From positions 111,053 through 175,052 of the forward strand of contig CAWKNZ010000006.1 in assembly GCA_963851265.1 (NCBI GenBank): a DNA stretch of 64,000 nucleotides, written 5' to 3'. Under the pieces are notes generated by a model. That model worked only from the letters and a program-made list of their open reading frames with translations. It ran no database searches and had not been told where the DNA came from. A program made the translations under genes and the position numbers. Below, in pieces: positions 40,834 to 52,375 of the stretch. This DNA is from an uncultured Gemmatimonadales bacterium. GTDB taxonomy: Bacteria > Gemmatimonadota > Gemmatimonadetes > Gemmatimonadales > Gemmatimonadaceae. The stretch's first letter is position 1, and every line of letters begins with the position of its first letter.

Positions 40834-40939
40834 CGCGGGCCGCACTGCCCGTCACACCTCCCGCCTGCCACACCCGCGCGTCGGCGCGCGAGCCGTCCCC
40901 TGTCGTCCCCGCCAGCCGTGCTCTTCCCCCCCGCGCGCC

Positions 40940-42520
40940 GTGCCCCGCAGCGCGCAGCCGTATCGCGCGTGCCGCTCGCTGCCGGCGCGCCGCCGGTCGC
41001 GCGTTCGCGCTGACGCCGTGCGACGGCTCGTTCTCGCCCTGGCGTCCGCCCTGCCGCTCGCGTCGGCCGCGACCGGCGCGCAGCCGCACGCGTCGTTACA
41101 ACTGTCGCGGATCATCGGCGACGGCATGGTGATGCAGCGCGACGCGCACGTGCCGGTGTGGGGCTCGGCGGCGCCGCACGCGCGCGTCGTGGTGGCGTTC
41201 GACGGGCGCGACTACGCGGCGACCGCCGACGCGGCCGGCCGCTGGGTGGCGACGCTGCCCGCCATGCCGGCGGGCGGCCCGCACGCGATGACCGTGGCCG
41301 CGGACGGCGAGCGCGTCGAGGTGCGCGACATCCTCGTCGGCGACGTGTGGGTCTGCTCGGGGCAGTCGAACATGGAGTTCGTGGTGCGCGACGCGGTGAA
41401 CGGCGCGGCCGAGGCAGCCGCGGCGCACGACCCGCAGCTCCGGCACTTCAAAGTGCCGACCTCGTACGCGTGGTCGCCGAGCGACTCGCTGGTCGGCGGG
41501 GCGTGGGCGCCGGCCGACCCGCAGCACGCCGGGCAGTTCACCGCGGTCGGGTACTTCTTCGCGCGCGAGTTGCGCAAGTCGGTCGGCGTTCCGATCGGCC
41601 TGCTGCACACCTCGTGGGGCGGCAGCCGGATCGAGGCGTGGACGAGCGCCGAGGGGCTCGGGCTCGACGAGCGCGCCATCGCGCGCCTCGAGGCCGACGA
41701 GCGCGCGTACGAGGCGCGCACGCTCGACTCGTTGCGCGGCCGGGGGGGCGCGGTCACGGCCGGCGTGCCCGACGGGCAGCACATCAACAAGATTCCGACG
41801 CTGCTCTACAACCAGATGGTCCACCCCCTGCTGCCGTTCCCGGTCAAGGGCGTGCTCTGGTACCAGGGCGAGTCGAACGCCGACCGGTACGAGGATGCGG
41901 TCGCGTACCGCGCCCTGTTCGCCGGGATGATCCGCGACTGGCGCCGGCGCTGGGCGCTCGGCGACGTGCCGTTCCTCTGGGCGCAGCTGCCCAACTACAT
42001 GCCGCCCGATACCGCGCCGGCGCTGCACAGCAACTGGGCGACGCTGCGCGAGTCGCAGGCGGCCGCGCTCGCCCTGCCCAACACCGGACAGGCCGTGACC
42101 GTCGACGTCGGCGAGACCGACAACATCCACCCGCGCGACAAGCAGGACGTCGGCGCGCGGCTCGCGCTCGTGGCCCGCCGGCTGGTCTACGGCCAGGCGG
42201 TCGAGGCGTCGGGGCCGGTGCTGCGGTCGAGCCGGTTCGACGGCGGGCAGGTGGTGCTCGGCTTCGATCACGCCGAGGGGCTCACGGTGCGGCCGCGCGA
42301 CCACGCGCCCGCGGTGCTCGGCGGGTTCGCCGTCGCGGGCGAGGACCGGAAGTTCGTGTGGGCGGGCGCGCGCGTCGAGGGCGGTCGCGTGGTCGTGTCG
42401 AGCGACCGCGTGCCGCACCCGGTCGCCGTCCGCTACGCGTGGGGCGACAACCCCGACCGCGCCAACCTCTCCAACGCGGCGGGGCTGCCCGCGGCGCCCT
42501 TCCGCACGGACCGGTGGTAG
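40940..42520 (+). CDS. Sialate O-acetylesterase (SASA)-family carbohydrate acetylesterase (start uncertain)
   Basis: GDVWVCSGQSNM, WGGSRIEAW, WYQGESN and NIHPRDK; signal peptide. Confidence 0.88.
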   Translation: MPRSAQPYRACRSLPARRRSRVRADAVRRLVLALASALPLASAATGAQPHASLQLSRIIGDGMVMQRDAHVPVWGSAAPHARVVVAFDGRDYAATADAAGRWVATLPAMPAGGPHAMTVAADGERVEVRDILVGDVWVCSGQSNMEFVVRDAVNGAAEAAAAHDPQLRHFKVPTSYAWSPSDSLVGGAWAPADPQHAGQFTAVGYFFARELRKSVGVPIGLLHTSWGGSRIEAWTSAEGLGLDERAIARLEADERAYEARTLDSLRGRGGAVTAGVPDGQHINKIPTLLYNQMVHPLLPFPVKGVLWYQGESNADRYEDAVAYRALFAGMIRDWRRRWALGDVPFLWAQLPNYMPPDTAPALHSNWATLRESQAAALALPNTGQAVTVDVGETDNIHPRDKQDVGARLALVARRLVYGQAVEASGPVLRSSRFDGGQVVLGFDHAEGLTVRPRDHAPAVLGGFAVAGEDRKFVWAGARVEGGRVVVSSDRVPHPVAVRYAWGDNPDRANLSNAAGLPAAPFRTDRW

Positions 42521-42682
42521 GCCGCCGGGCACCATGTTAGGCACGACCCGCACGACCCGTAATCTCCCCGCGCGCGTCCTCGCACGCGCGCACGCACGCC
42601 CCGAGTTCCTCCCCACCGCCGTGCCGCTCCGCGCCACGACACGAGTGGTTGCCGCTCACTTCACCTGTTGGAGACGTACGTC

Positions 42683-45600
42683 ATGAAGTTCCGTAGGGAA
42701 GCAATCGTCTCGTCGGCGGTGGTCGCCGCGTGCATGGGTGCGACCGGGCTGCACGCCCAGGCGCCGACCGGCGTCGTGTCGGGGCGCGTCGTCGCGAGTT
42801 CGTCGCCGGCGGCCTCGCAGGCCGCGGCGGCCGCGTCGTCGAAGATCGCGTCGCAGGGTGCCCCTGTCTCGCAGGGCAACGCCAGCCAGTCGCCGCTCGC
42901 CGGCGCGCGCGTGTCGGTGGTCGGCACCTCGATCCAGACGATCGTGCGCGAGGACGGACGCTACGTGCTGCCGCGGGTGCCCGCGGGCCCGCAGCGAATC
43001 CGCGTCAACCTCGTCGGCTTCGCGCCGCAGGAGCAGGCCGTGACGGTCGTCGCCGGGCAGCCGGCGACGGTCAACTTCGGGCTGCAGGCGACCGCCGTCG
43101 CGCTCAGCAACGTCGTCGTCATCGGCTACGGCACGCAGCGCCGCGAGGACCTCACGGGGTCCATCGCGTCGGTCAACTCGCAGGACATCCAGAAGACCGC
43201 GGTCAACACGCTCGAGCAGGGCCTGCAGGGGCGCGTGCCGGGCGTGCAGGTCACGCAGGGCGACGCGGCCCCGGGCGGCGGGATCCGCGTGCAGATCCGC
43301 GGTACGAACTCGATGAACCCGGGCAGCGCGCAGCCGCTCTACGTCATCGACGGCGTGCCGGTGGGCAGCAGCGGCACGAAGGACGCCGGCAGCACGAGCG
43401 ACCCGAGCCTCGTCTCGCTCACCCAGACCAACCCGCTCGCCGAGATCGCGCCCGAGGACATCGAGTCGATCGACATTCTCAAGGACGCGTCGGCGACGGC
43501 GATCTACGGCAGCCGCGGCGCCAACGGCGTCGTGATGATCACGACGAAGCGCGGGCGCCGGAACAGCGGCGGGCAGTACACGCTCAACGTCTCGCAGGGC
43601 GTCGCGAGCACCGTGCGCGAGGTCCCGGTGCTCAGCGCGCCGCAGTACGCGACGTACGTCAACCAGGCCTTCATCAACGCGTACGGCCCGGCGACGCAGT
43701 ACCCGTACGGCGGCCGCCCGGGCTCGCTGACCCCGGACAGCATCCAGAAGGTGATGGGCTCCGGCACCGACTGGCAGAGCCTGATCTACCGCAACGCGCC
43801 GCTGAGCGACGCGAACATCGGCGCCTCGGGCGGCGACGACCGCGGCAGCTACGCGGTCAGCGGCAACCTGCTGCAGCAGCAGGGCGTGATCAACGGCTCG
43901 GAGTTCAAGCGCGGCGGCCTGCGCTTCAACCTCGACCGCAACGTCACCGAGCGGTTCCGCCTCTCGACGAACGTCACGCTCACGCGCTCCGTGAACAACA
44001 TGGTGCGCACCTCGACGATCAACGGCTACAACGCGATCGGCGTCGTGCGCGACGCGATCACCTACACGCCGATCTGGCGCACCGACAGCACCAAGACCGA
44101 CCCGCGCGCGGAGGACCCGACGACGCTGGCGAACTTCGGGTCGAACCCGCTGCGCTACACCGACGAGGTGAGCGAGAACGACCAGGTCACGCGCGGCCTC
44201 GGCGGCGTCCGCGGCACGGTGACGCTCGGCAAGGGCTTCTCGTTCGACCAGAACATCGGCGCGAACTACGAGTCGCGGAACTACGGCGTCTACTACCCGA
44301 GCACGGTCAACGAGGGGCGCACGTCGGGGGGCGACGCGATCCAGGCGCCCTCGCTGTACAACAACATCCTGAGCGAGAGCTGGCTGCGCTACGCGGGCGG
44401 GCTCGGCGCGAACCAGCGCGTCGACGCGATCGCCGGCTACACGTTCCAGAACGACCGCAGCACCTGGAACCAGCAGGAGGTCCAGGGCTTCCCGAACGAC
44501 ATCCTCGGCGGGAACGTCCTCCAGAACGGCACCGTGCCGCTGACGCCGCAGAGCGGGATCTCGACGTCGCAGCTCGCGTCGTGGCTCGCGCGCGTGAACT
44601 ACCAGCTCCTCGACCGCTACCTGCTCACCGGGACCGTGCGCGCCGACGGTTCGTCGCGGTTCGCGGCGAACAACAAGTGGGCGACGTTCCCCGCGGTGGC
44701 GTTCGCGTGGCGCGCGTCGGAGGAGCCGTTCCTCCGCGGCCAGCGGCTGTTCAGCGACCTCAAGGTGCGCCTCAGCTACGGCAAGTCGGGCAACCAGGCG
44801 ATCAACCCGTATCAGTCGCTGCCGGCGATCGGCGGCATCACGGGCGTGACGCAGAACGAGACGACGGTGCCGGCGTACGCGATCACGCAGCTCGGCAACC
44901 CGAACCTCAAGTGGGAGACCACCAACCAGTTCGACGGCGGCCTCGACCTCGGCGCGTTCAACAACCGCCTGACCGGCACGTTCGACTACTACCACAAGAA
45001 CACCTACGACCTGCTGCAGCAGATCACGCTCGCGCAGAACACGGGCTTCGGGAACACGTGGATCAACTCGGGCAACGTGACCAACCGCGGCATCGAGTTC
45101 CTGGTGGGCTACGACGTGCTGCGCAGCGCGCGCAAGGGCGGCCTCACGTGGAACACGAGCATCAACGCGTCGCACAACGTGAACCGCATCGTGAGCCTCG
45201 GGAACGGCATCCAGCAGCAGTTCGCCACCCGGCTCGGCGCGGGCGGTAACCTCGAGGCCACGCCGTTCATCCAGAAGGTCGGGCTGCCGATCGGCGCGAT
45301 GTGGGGCTACACGACGGCCGGCATCGTACAGAACGCCGCCGACTCGGCCGCGTACGCGAAGGTCCTCGGCGCGGCGGCGCACATCGGCGACCTGAAGTAC
45401 GCCGACATCAACGGCGACGGGAAGGTCGACGCCAATGACCAGCACGTGATCGGCGACGCCAACCCGAAGTGGACGTGGGGGTGGAACAACACGTTCCGGA
45501 TCGGGAAGTTCGACGCGAGCGCGCTCGTCATCGCGGTGAAGGGCAACAGCATCATCAACGCCGAGCGCATGCGGTACATCACGATGAACGGCAGCATCAA

Positions 45601-45949
45601 CATCCCGACGTACTACCTGCAGAACGCGTTCGACCCGAAGACCAACCCGAACGGCACGTTCCCGATGATCCTCCAGAGCCGGCAGGCGGACACGCGGTTC
45701 TCGGACATCTACATCGAGGACGGCTCGTTCGTCCGCCTGAAGAACGTCCAGCTCGGCTACAACGTCAGCCTGCCGCGCGTGCACAGCGCGCGCGTGTACG
45801 TGAACGGCATCAACCTGCTCACGCACACGCGCTACACGGGCTACGACCCCGAGGTCAGCGCCTTCGGCGACCCGGCCCACCCCGGGGTGGACCTCGGCAG
45901 CTACCCGCAGCAGCGCACGTTCACGTTCGGCGTCAACACCTCCTTCTGA
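42683..45949 (+). CDS. susC: SusC/RagA family TonB-dependent transporter
   Basis: GGAG RBS; VVVIGYGTQ, PLYVIDG, DIESIDILKDASATAIYGSRGANGVVMITTKRG, and a terminal Phe. Confidence 0.96.
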   Translation: MKFRREAIVSSAVVAACMGATGLHAQAPTGVVSGRVVASSSPAASQAAAAASSKIASQGAPVSQGNASQSPLAGARVSVVGTSIQTIVREDGRYVLPRVPAGPQRIRVNLVGFAPQEQAVTVVAGQPATVNFGLQATAVALSNVVVIGYGTQRREDLTGSIASVNSQDIQKTAVNTLEQGLQGRVPGVQVTQGDAAPGGGIRVQIRGTNSMNPGSAQPLYVIDGVPVGSSGTKDAGSTSDPSLVSLTQTNPLAEIAPEDIESIDILKDASATAIYGSRGANGVVMITTKRGRRNSGGQYTLNVSQGVASTVREVPVLSAPQYATYVNQAFINAYGPATQYPYGGRPGSLTPDSIQKVMGSGTDWQSLIYRNAPLSDANIGASGGDDRGSYAVSGNLLQQQGVINGSEFKRGGLRFNLDRNVTERFRLSTNVTLTRSVNNMVRTSTINGYNAIGVVRDAITYTPIWRTDSTKTDPRAEDPTTLANFGSNPLRYTDEVSENDQVTRGLGGVRGTVTLGKGFSFDQNIGANYESRNYGVYYPSTVNEGRTSGGDAIQAPSLYNNILSESWLRYAGGLGANQRVDAIAGYTFQNDRSTWNQQEVQGFPNDILGGNVLQNGTVPLTPQSGISTSQLASWLARVNYQLLDRYLLTGTVRADGSSRFAANNKWATFPAVAFAWRASEEPFLRGQRLFSDLKVRLSYGKSGNQAINPYQSLPAIGGITGVTQNETTVPAYAITQLGNPNLKWETTNQFDGGLDLGAFNNRLTGTFDYYHKNTYDLLQQITLAQNTGFGNTWINSGNVTNRGIEFLVGYDVLRSARKGGLTWNTSINASHNVNRIVSLGNGIQQQFATRLGAGGNLEATPFIQKVGLPIGAMWGYTTAGIVQNAADSAAYAKVLGAAAHIGDLKYADINGDGKVDANDQHVIGDANPKWTWGWNNTFRIGKFDASALVIAVKGNSIINAERMRYITMNGSINIPTYYLQNAFDPKTNPNGTFPMILQSRQADTRFSDIYIEDGSFVRLKNVQLGYNVSLPRVHSARVYVNGINLLTHTRYTGYDPEVSAFGDPAHPGVDLGSYPQQRTFTFGVNTSF

Positions 45950-45963
45950 GCAGCACCCGACCC

Positions 45964-47667
45964 ATGACTTTCTATCGGACAGTGACGCGGACCGCGGCGG
46001 TCCTCGCGGCCGCCGCCCTCGGGCTCGCGGGCTGCAAGGACGCCACGAGCCTTCCGGAAACGGCGCAGACCTTCGTCTCGCCCGACCGGTACTACCAGAA
46101 CGACGCGCAGGCGGCGGCGGCCGTGAACGGCGCGTACGCGCCGATCATGGGCTGGAACGGGTGGAAGTCGCCCGCCCAGTACTCCGTGATGTGCGACGAC
46201 AACGAGATGACCTGCTGGAACTGGATGGCGGGCGGCTGGGCCGGGCAGCAGGGCGGCCAGTGGTACATGCAGGACAACAGCCTCTACATCGGCGACTACC
46301 AGATCATCGAGCGGGCGAACGAGATCCTGGCGAACGTGCCGAAGAGCACGGGGATCACGGACGCGATGAAGAAGACGGCCACCGGCCAGGCGTACTTCGC
46401 CCGGGGGTACGCCTACTTCGACCTCGTCCGGCGCTACGGCGGCGTCCCGATCCGCACGGCGCAGTACACGCCCGACCCCCAGAACGGGGCGATGGCGCGG
46501 GCCGAGCCCGGGGCGGTGTGGAAGCAGGCCGCGAGCGACCTGCGCCAGTCGACGGCGCTGCTGCCGGCCACGTACACCACGCCTAACGGCCAGGGACTGC
46601 CGCGCCTCGCGACGGCGTGGGGGCTCCTCGCCAAGGTCTACCTGCACATGGCCGGCGCCGAGGCGGTCGGCACGTCGCTCGCGTCGGCGAAATCGGCGTA
46701 CATCGACTCGGCGCGCGCGGCGGCGCAGCTCGAAATGGCCGACGCGTCGGTCACGCTCGAGCCGGACTACATGGCGCTGTACGACATCAACAAGCAGAAC
46801 ACGAGCCCCGAGATCCTCTTCGCGGCGCAGGGCGCCGCGGTGAACAACGGCGGCTCGCAGATCCCGGCGTTCCTCACCCCGCAGGGCGACTGCACGCTGA
46901 TCGGCGGCTGCGGGATGGGGTTCCTCAGCATCCGCGAGGACTTCTACCGCGGCTTCGAGGCGGGCGACGCGCGCGTCGCGCCGAACAAGGCGGTCGCGAT
47001 GTCGTGGGAGTACACGCGGAGCGCCGCCGGGAAGATCCGCGTCCTGCAGACCGACTCGCTCGCGAAGCTCAAGGCCTCGGGGCTGGTCGTCAGCGACAAG
47101 ACGTTCAACTACGGCGCGTGGACGGAGGCGTGCGCGGCGTTCGGGACCAACCTCGACTCGCTCACCGTGCAGAACCCGTCCACCGGCGCGACGACCACCT
47201 CGGTGATCGGCGTGTCGCGGCCGCTCTACAGCCTCAAGTACATCGACCCGCAGCACCTCACGTCCGACCAGGCGGCGGCGAACAACTTCATCCTGCTGCG
47301 CCACGCCGACGTGCTGCTCGTGTTCGCCGAAGCGGAGAACGAGAAGAACGGCCCGACGGCTGCCGCCTACAGCGCGATCAACAAGGTGCGCGCCCGCGCG
47401 GCCCTGAAGCCGCTCGCCGGGCTGAGCCAGGACCAGTTCCGCCAGGCGGTGTGGACGGAGCGCGAGCACGAGCTCTACGCGGAGTTCCAGGCGCGCTTCG
47501 ACCTCGTCCGCGAGGGGCGCTGGCTCGCCCTGATGAACGCGCCGTCGACCGTGTCGGACCTCGCGACCGGCCCGTGCCGCCCGCGGCAGTCGTTCCAGGT
47601 GCTGCAGAACATCCCGGGCCGCGAGCTGTCGGCCAACCCGCTGATGACGCAGAACCCGGGCTACTGA
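45964..47667 (+). CDS. susD: SusD/RagB family glycan-binding lipoprotein
   Basis: Lipobox LAGC, ARGYAYFDLVRRYGGVP, AWGLLAKVYL, LRHADVLLVFAEA and ER..EL..E..R..DL.R; follows susC. Confidence 0.94.
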   Translation: MTFYRTVTRTAAVLAAAALGLAGCKDATSLPETAQTFVSPDRYYQNDAQAAAAVNGAYAPIMGWNGWKSPAQYSVMCDDNEMTCWNWMAGGWAGQQGGQWYMQDNSLYIGDYQIIERANEILANVPKSTGITDAMKKTATGQAYFARGYAYFDLVRRYGGVPIRTAQYTPDPQNGAMARAEPGAVWKQAASDLRQSTALLPATYTTPNGQGLPRLATAWGLLAKVYLHMAGAEAVGTSLASAKSAYIDSARAAAQLEMADASVTLEPDYMALYDINKQNTSPEILFAAQGAAVNNGGSQIPAFLTPQGDCTLIGGCGMGFLSIREDFYRGFEAGDARVAPNKAVAMSWEYTRSAAGKIRVLQTDSLAKLKASGLVVSDKTFNYGAWTEACAAFGTNLDSLTVQNPSTGATTTSVIGVSRPLYSLKYIDPQHLTSDQAAANNFILLRHADVLLVFAEAENEKNGPTAAAYSAINKVRARAALKPLAGLSQDQFRQAVWTEREHELYAEFQARFDLVREGRWLALMNAPSTVSDLATGPCRPRQSFQVLQNIPGRELSANPLMTQNPGY

Positions 47668-47687
47668 GCGGGCCGCCGCTGGACGAC

Positions 47688-47750
47688 GGACCCCCGCTTC
47701 CGCGGGGGTGACACCCCTCGTGCAGTCGCCCCCGCGCAGGCGGGGGTCCA
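47688..47750. repeat. Inverted pair of REP-like elements (REPIN/BIME-like)
   Basis: 47688-47712 reverse complement = GTCACCCCCGCGGAAGCGGGGGTCC; 47725-47750 = GTCGCCCCCGCGCAGGCGGGGGTCCA. Confidence 0.75.
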
Positions 47751-47785
47751 CCTCTCCCTCGCGACCGCGGTAGCCACAACGCCCC

Positions 47786-49723
47786 GTGAACCTTCATCCG
47801 GTCGACCTGCTCATCATCGGCGCGTACCTCGCGTCGACCGTCGCCGTCGGCTTCTGGATCTCGAAGCGCGCGTCGCGCAACCTGAAGAGCTACTTCCTCG
47901 GCGGCAACGAGATCTCGTGGTGGATGCTGGGCGTGTCGAACGCCTCCGGGATGTTCGACATCAGCGGGACGATGTGGCTGGTGTACCTGCTGTTCGTGTA
48001 CGGGTTGAAGAGCGTCTGGATCCCGTGGCTCTGGCCGATCTTCAACCAGATCTTCCTGATGATCTTCCTCTCGGTCTGGCTCCGGCGGTCCGGAGTCATG
48101 ACCGGGGCGGAGTGGATCACGTTCCGCTTCGGGCGCGGGCGCGGGGCGAACCTCGCGCACCTCAGCGTGGTGGCGTTCGCGCTCATCAACGTGATCGGCT
48201 TTCTGGCCTACGCGTTCATCGGCGTGGGCAAGTTCGCGGCGACGTTCCTCCCGTACCACCTCTCGGCCGACCCGGCGACTAACGTCAACCTGTGGGGGCT
48301 GCTGATCACCGCGCTCACGACGGTCTACGTGGTGAAGGGCGGGATGTTCTCGGTGGTGTTCACCGAGGTGTTGCAGGCGGTGCTCAAGACGATCGCTTGC
48401 GTCTGGATCGGGGTCATCGCCATGCAGCGCGTGAGTCCGGCGATGCTGCGCGCGGCGGTGCCGGCCGGGTGGTACTCGCCGGCGTTCGGGTGGAAGCTCG
48501 ACCTCGACTGGTCGCGCCTGATGCCGGCCGCGAACGCACGGATCGCGCAGGACGGGTGGACGCTGTTCGGCGCGTTCTTCATGATGGTGGTGTTCAAGGG
48601 CGTGCTGCTGAGCCTCGCCGGCCCCGCGCCCAACTACGACATGCAGCGCGTGCTCTCGACGCGCACGCCGCGCGACGCGGCGAAGATGAGCGGGCTCGTG
48701 AGCCTCGTGCTCATGCCGTTCCGCTACATGCTCATCACCGCGCTCGCGGTGCTCGCGCTCGCGTTCTACAGCCCGCAGCTGCGCGCGATGGGCGACAAGG
48801 TGGACTTCGAGCTCATCCTCCCGTTCACGATGCGCAACTTCGTGCCGACGGGGCTCCTCGGGCTGCTGATCGCCGCGCTGCTCGCCGCGTTCATGGCGAC
48901 CTACTCCGCGACCGTGAACGCCGCGCCGGCGTACATCGTCAACGACATCTACCGACGGTACGTCCGGCCGGACGCCGACCAGCGGACGCTCGTGCGGATG
49001 AGCTACGTGACGTCGGTGCTCGTCGTGGTGATCGGGACCGGGATCGGGTTCTTCGTCACGTCGCTCAACGACATCGTGCAGTGGATCGTCTCGGCGCTCT
49101 ACGGCGGGTACGTCGCGGCCAACGTGCTGAAGTGGTACTGGTGGCGCTTCAACAGCTACGGGTACTTCTGGGGCATGGGCGGCGGGATCCTCGCGTCGCT
49201 CGTCGTGCCCAAGCTCATGCCCGACGTCTCCGCGATCTACGCGTTCCCGGTGATCCTCGCCGCGTCGGTGATCGGCTGCATCGCCGGCACGCTCGCGACG
49301 CCGCCGGACGACGAGGAGGTGTTGAAGCAGTTCTACCTCAAGACGCGGCCGTGGGGCTTCTGGGGCCCGATCCACGCGAAGCTCGCCCAAGAGCACCCGG
49401 GCCTCGAGCGTAACACGGGGTTCATGCGCGACGCGACCAACGTGCTCGTGGGCGTCCTCTGGCAGACCGCGCTCGTCGCGACGGGGATCTTCCTCGTGCT
49501 GCAGGAGTTCACCGCGTTCGCGGCGGCGATGACGACGGTGCTCGTGACGTCCGCGGTGCTCAAATTCAACTGGTTCGACAAGCTGGAGGACTACCCCGCC
49601 GACCTCGCCGTGACCACGGCCGGGCGGCCGGCGGACGATCCGCCCGGGCGACTCGCCGCGGCCCGCGACGCGACGCGCCCGGCCGCCGGCGCACCGGCCG
49701 CGGCGCCGGTGGCCGGCGACTAA
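47786..49723 (+). CDS. Sodium:solute symporter (putative mannobiose importer)
   Basis: About 14 TM helices, SYFLGGN and [11 protein letters not shown]; adjacent to GH130 and epimerase genes. Confidence 0.9.
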   Translation: MNLHPVDLLIIGAYLASTVAVGFWISKRASRNLKSYFLGGNEISWWMLGVSNASGMFDISGTMWLVYLLFVYGLKSVWIPWLWPIFNQIFLMIFLSVWLRRSGVMTGAEWITFRFGRGRGANLAHLSVVAFALINVIGFLAYAFIGVGKFAATFLPYHLSADPATNVNLWGLLITALTTVYVVKGGMFSVVFTEVLQAVLKTIACVWIGVIAMQRVSPAMLRAAVPAGWYSPAFGWKLDLDWSRLMPAANARIAQDGWTLFGAFFMMVVFKGVLLSLAGPAPNYDMQRVLSTRTPRDAAKMSGLVSLVLMPFRYMLITALAVLALAFYSPQLRAMGDKVDFELILPFTMRNFVPTGLLGLLIAALLAAFMATYSATVNAAPAYIVNDIYRRYVRPDADQRTLVRMSYVTSVLVVVIGTGIGFFVTSLNDIVQWIVSALYGGYVAANVLKWYWWRFNSYGYFWGMGGGILASLVVPKLMPDVSAIYAFPVILAASVIGCIAGTLATPPDDEEVLKQFYLKTRPWGFWGPIHAKLAQEHPGLERNTGFMRDATNVLVGVLWQTALVATGIFLVLQEFTAFAAAMTTVLVTSAVLKFNWFDKLEDYPADLAVTTAGRPADDPPGRLAAARDATRPAAGAPAAAPVAGD

Positions 49724-49793
49724 CGACCGCCGTACGCGTTCCGCCGCACCGCGCTACCGCACACACCACCCGACGCACTCCCGCAGCCGCCGC

Positions 49794-51050
49794 ATGCAGA
49801 CCACCGATCTCGCGTCCGACGCGATCTTCGCGGCACGTCGCCGCGCCCTCGAGACCGCCCACGAAGCGCTCGTCTCGCGCGTCAACGAGCGGATCACGGA
49901 CGACCGCGGCGTGGTCGACCGCTACCGCCGGCCGGCGCTGACGGCCGCGCACACGCCGCCGGCCTGGCGCTACGACTTCGACCCCGCGACGAACCCGCGG
50001 CTGCTCGAGCGCATGGGGATCAACGCGGTGTTCAACCCCGGGGCCATCAAGCACGACGGGCGCTACCTGATGGTCGCGCGCGTGGAGGGGGTCGACCGCA
50101 AGTCGTTCTTCGCGGTGGCCGAGAGCCCGAACGGCGTGGACGGCTGGCGCTTCTGGGACTACCCGGTGCGGATGCCCGAAACGGACGAGCCGGACGTGAA
50201 CGTGTACGACATGCGCCTGACCGCGCACGAGGACGGCTGGGTGTACGGCGTGTTCTGCACCGAGCGCAAGGACCCGCGCGCGCCGCACGACCCGTCGGCG
50301 GCGGTCGCGCAGGCAGGCATCGCGCGCACGCGCGACCTGGTCACGTGGGAGCGGCTGCCCGACCTCGTGACGCGCTCGGAGCAGCAGCGGAACGTGGTGC
50401 TGCACCCCGAGTTCGTGGCCGGCACGTACGCGTTCTATACACGCCCGCAGGACAGCTTCATCGAGGCGGGTTCGGGCGGCGGGATCGGGTGGGGGCTGTG
50501 TGACGACATCACCCGGCCCGTGGTGCGCGACGCAGGGATCGTGGACGGGCGCGTGTACCACACGATCAAGGAGGCCAAGAACGGGCAGGGGCCGCCGCCG
50601 ATCCGCACGCCCGCGGGGTGGCTGCACCTCGCGCACGGGGTGCGCAACACGGCCGCGGGGCTGCGCTACGTCCTGTACCTGTTCGTGACCGACCTCGCCG
50701 AGCCGTGGCGCGTGACGCACGCGCCCGCGGGGTACCTCATCGCGCCCGAGCACGACGAGCGCGTGGGCGACGTGTCCAACGTCGTGTTCGCGAACGGGTG
50801 GATCGCCGACGACGACGGGACGGTGTTCATCTACTACGCGTCGAGCGACACGCGCGTGCACGTCGCGACGAGCGACGTCGAACGGCTCGTCGACTACGCG
50901 CTGCACACGCCACCCGACCCGCTGCGCTCCGCCGCGTGCGTGGAGCAGCGGTACGCGCTCATCGCGCGCAACCTCGGCCACGCGTCGGGCGGCGGTGCCG
51001 GCATGGCGGTCGCAGGCGCGGTGGCGAACGGCACCGGGTCGGACGCATGA
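49794..51050 (+). CDS. 4-O-beta-D-mannosyl-D-glucose phosphorylase-like enzyme (GH130)
   Basis: [36 protein letters not shown] and GDVSNVVF match the MGP subfamily. Confidence 0.9.
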   Translation: MQTTDLASDAIFAARRRALETAHEALVSRVNERITDDRGVVDRYRRPALTAAHTPPAWRYDFDPATNPRLLERMGINAVFNPGAIKHDGRYLMVARVEGVDRKSFFAVAESPNGVDGWRFWDYPVRMPETDEPDVNVYDMRLTAHEDGWVYGVFCTERKDPRAPHDPSAAVAQAGIARTRDLVTWERLPDLVTRSEQQRNVVLHPEFVAGTYAFYTRPQDSFIEAGSGGGIGWGLCDDITRPVVRDAGIVDGRVYHTIKEAKNGQGPPPIRTPAGWLHLAHGVRNTAAGLRYVLYLFVTDLAEPWRVTHAPAGYLIAPEHDERVGDVSNVVFANGWIADDDGTVFIYYASSDTRVHVATSDVERLVDYALHTPPDPLRSAACVEQRYALIARNLGHASGGGAGMAVAGAVANGTGSDA

Positions 51051-52375
51051 GCGCGGGCACGGCGCCCGTGGCGCCCGCGGTGCGCCGCGACGACGCGCCG
51101 GGAAGCGCCGCCGCCCTAGGCGCGTTGCGCGCGGCGATGGCGCGCGAGCTGCGCGACGGGATCCTCCCCTACTGGACGGCGCACGCGATGGACGAGCGCC
51201 ACGGCGGGTTCGTCGGGTACGTCGACGGCGACGACGTGCCGGACCCGAACGCGCCCAAGGGCGCGATCCTCAACGCACGGATTCTCTGGACCTTCTCGGC
51301 CGCCCACCGGGCGTCAGGCGGCGACGCGGAGCGCGCCGTCGCGGGTCGCGCCGCGCGCTTCGTGCGCGAGCGGCTGACCGACCCCGTCCACGGCGGCGTG
51401 TACTGGATGGTGGAAGCGGACGGGTCGCCGCGCGACGCGCGCAAGCACGTGTACGCGCAGGCGTTCGCGATCTACGCGCTGAGCGAGCACCACCGCGCAA
51501 CGGGTGACGAGGAGAGCCTGCGCGAGGCCATCACGCTGTTCCGGCTCGTCGAGCGGCACGCACACGACCCGGTGTACGGCGGGTACGAGGAGGCATTCAC
51601 GCGCGAGTGGGCGCGGCTGGACGACGTGCGGCTGAGCGACGAGGACGCGGACGAGCGCAAGAGCATGAACACGCACCTGCACGTGCTCGAGGCGTACGCG
51701 GGGCTGTACCGCGTCTGGCCCGACGCGCTGCTGCGCGAGCGGCTGGGCGAGGTGGTCGACCTGTTCGCCACGCGCATCGTCGACCCGCGCGCGCCGCACC
51801 TGCGGCTGTTCTTCGACGCGGACTGGACGCCGAAGTCGGACGTGGTGTCGTACGGGCACGACGTCGAGGCGAGCTGGCTCCTCCGCGAGGCGGCGGAGGT
51901 GCACGGCGACGCGGCGCTCCGCGCGCGCGTGCAGCCGGCCTGCATGGCGCTCGCGACCGCCGTGCGCGACGAGGCGTTCGACGCCGAGTTCGGCGGGATC
52001 TTCTACGAGGCGCGGCCGGGACGGCCGCCCGAGACCTACAAGGAGTGGTGGGTGCAAGCTGAGGCGATCGTCGGGTTCGTCGACGCGTGGCGCGAGACGG
52101 GCGATGCGGCGTTTCTGCGCGCCGCGCACGAAACGTGGGGGTTCACGGACCGGCACCTCGTCGACCACGCACACGGGGAGTGGTACCGCCGCACCGCGCG
52201 CGACGGTGCGCGTCTGCGCGGCTTCGAGAAGATCGGGCCGTGGAAGTGCTGCTACCACAACGCGCGCGCGTGCCTCGAGGTGATCGCGCGCGCCGACGCC
52301 ACGCTGCCGGGCGTGGTGCCGGGCGTGGTGCCGGGCGCGACGTCGGCGGCCGGGCGCGAGGCGGTGCCGGCATGA
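51047..52375 (+). CDS. Mannobiose/cellobiose 2-epimerase (AGE family)
   Basis: [43 protein letters not shown] and WKCCYHNAR; ATGA overlap with the upstream gene. Confidence 0.92.
   Translation: MSAGTAPVAPAVRRDDAPGSAAALGALRAAMARELRDGILPYWTAHAMDERHGGFVGYVDGDDVPDPNAPKGAILNARILWTFSAAHRASGGDAERAVAGRAARFVRERLTDPVHGGVYWMVEADGSPRDARKHVYAQAFAIYALSEHHRATGDEESLREAITLFRLVERHAHDPVYGGYEEAFTREWARLDDVRLSDEDADERKSMNTHLHVLEAYAGLYRVWPDALLRERLGEVVDLFATRIVDPRAPHLRLFFDADWTPKSDVVSYGHDVEASWLLREAAEVHGDAALRARVQPACMALATAVRDEAFDAEFGGIFYEARPGRPPETYKEWWVQAEAIVGFVDAWRETGDAAFLRAAHETWGFTDRHLVDHAHGEWYRRTARDGARLRGFEKIGPWKCCYHNARACLEVIARADATLPGVVPGVVPGATSAAGREAVPA

Noticed and set aside
52305-52340. Short CCGGGCGTGGTG tandem repeat (PGVV twice) at the epimerase C-terminus
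   Set aside because: Only two units in a non-conserved tail; not CRISPR-like or otherwise informative.
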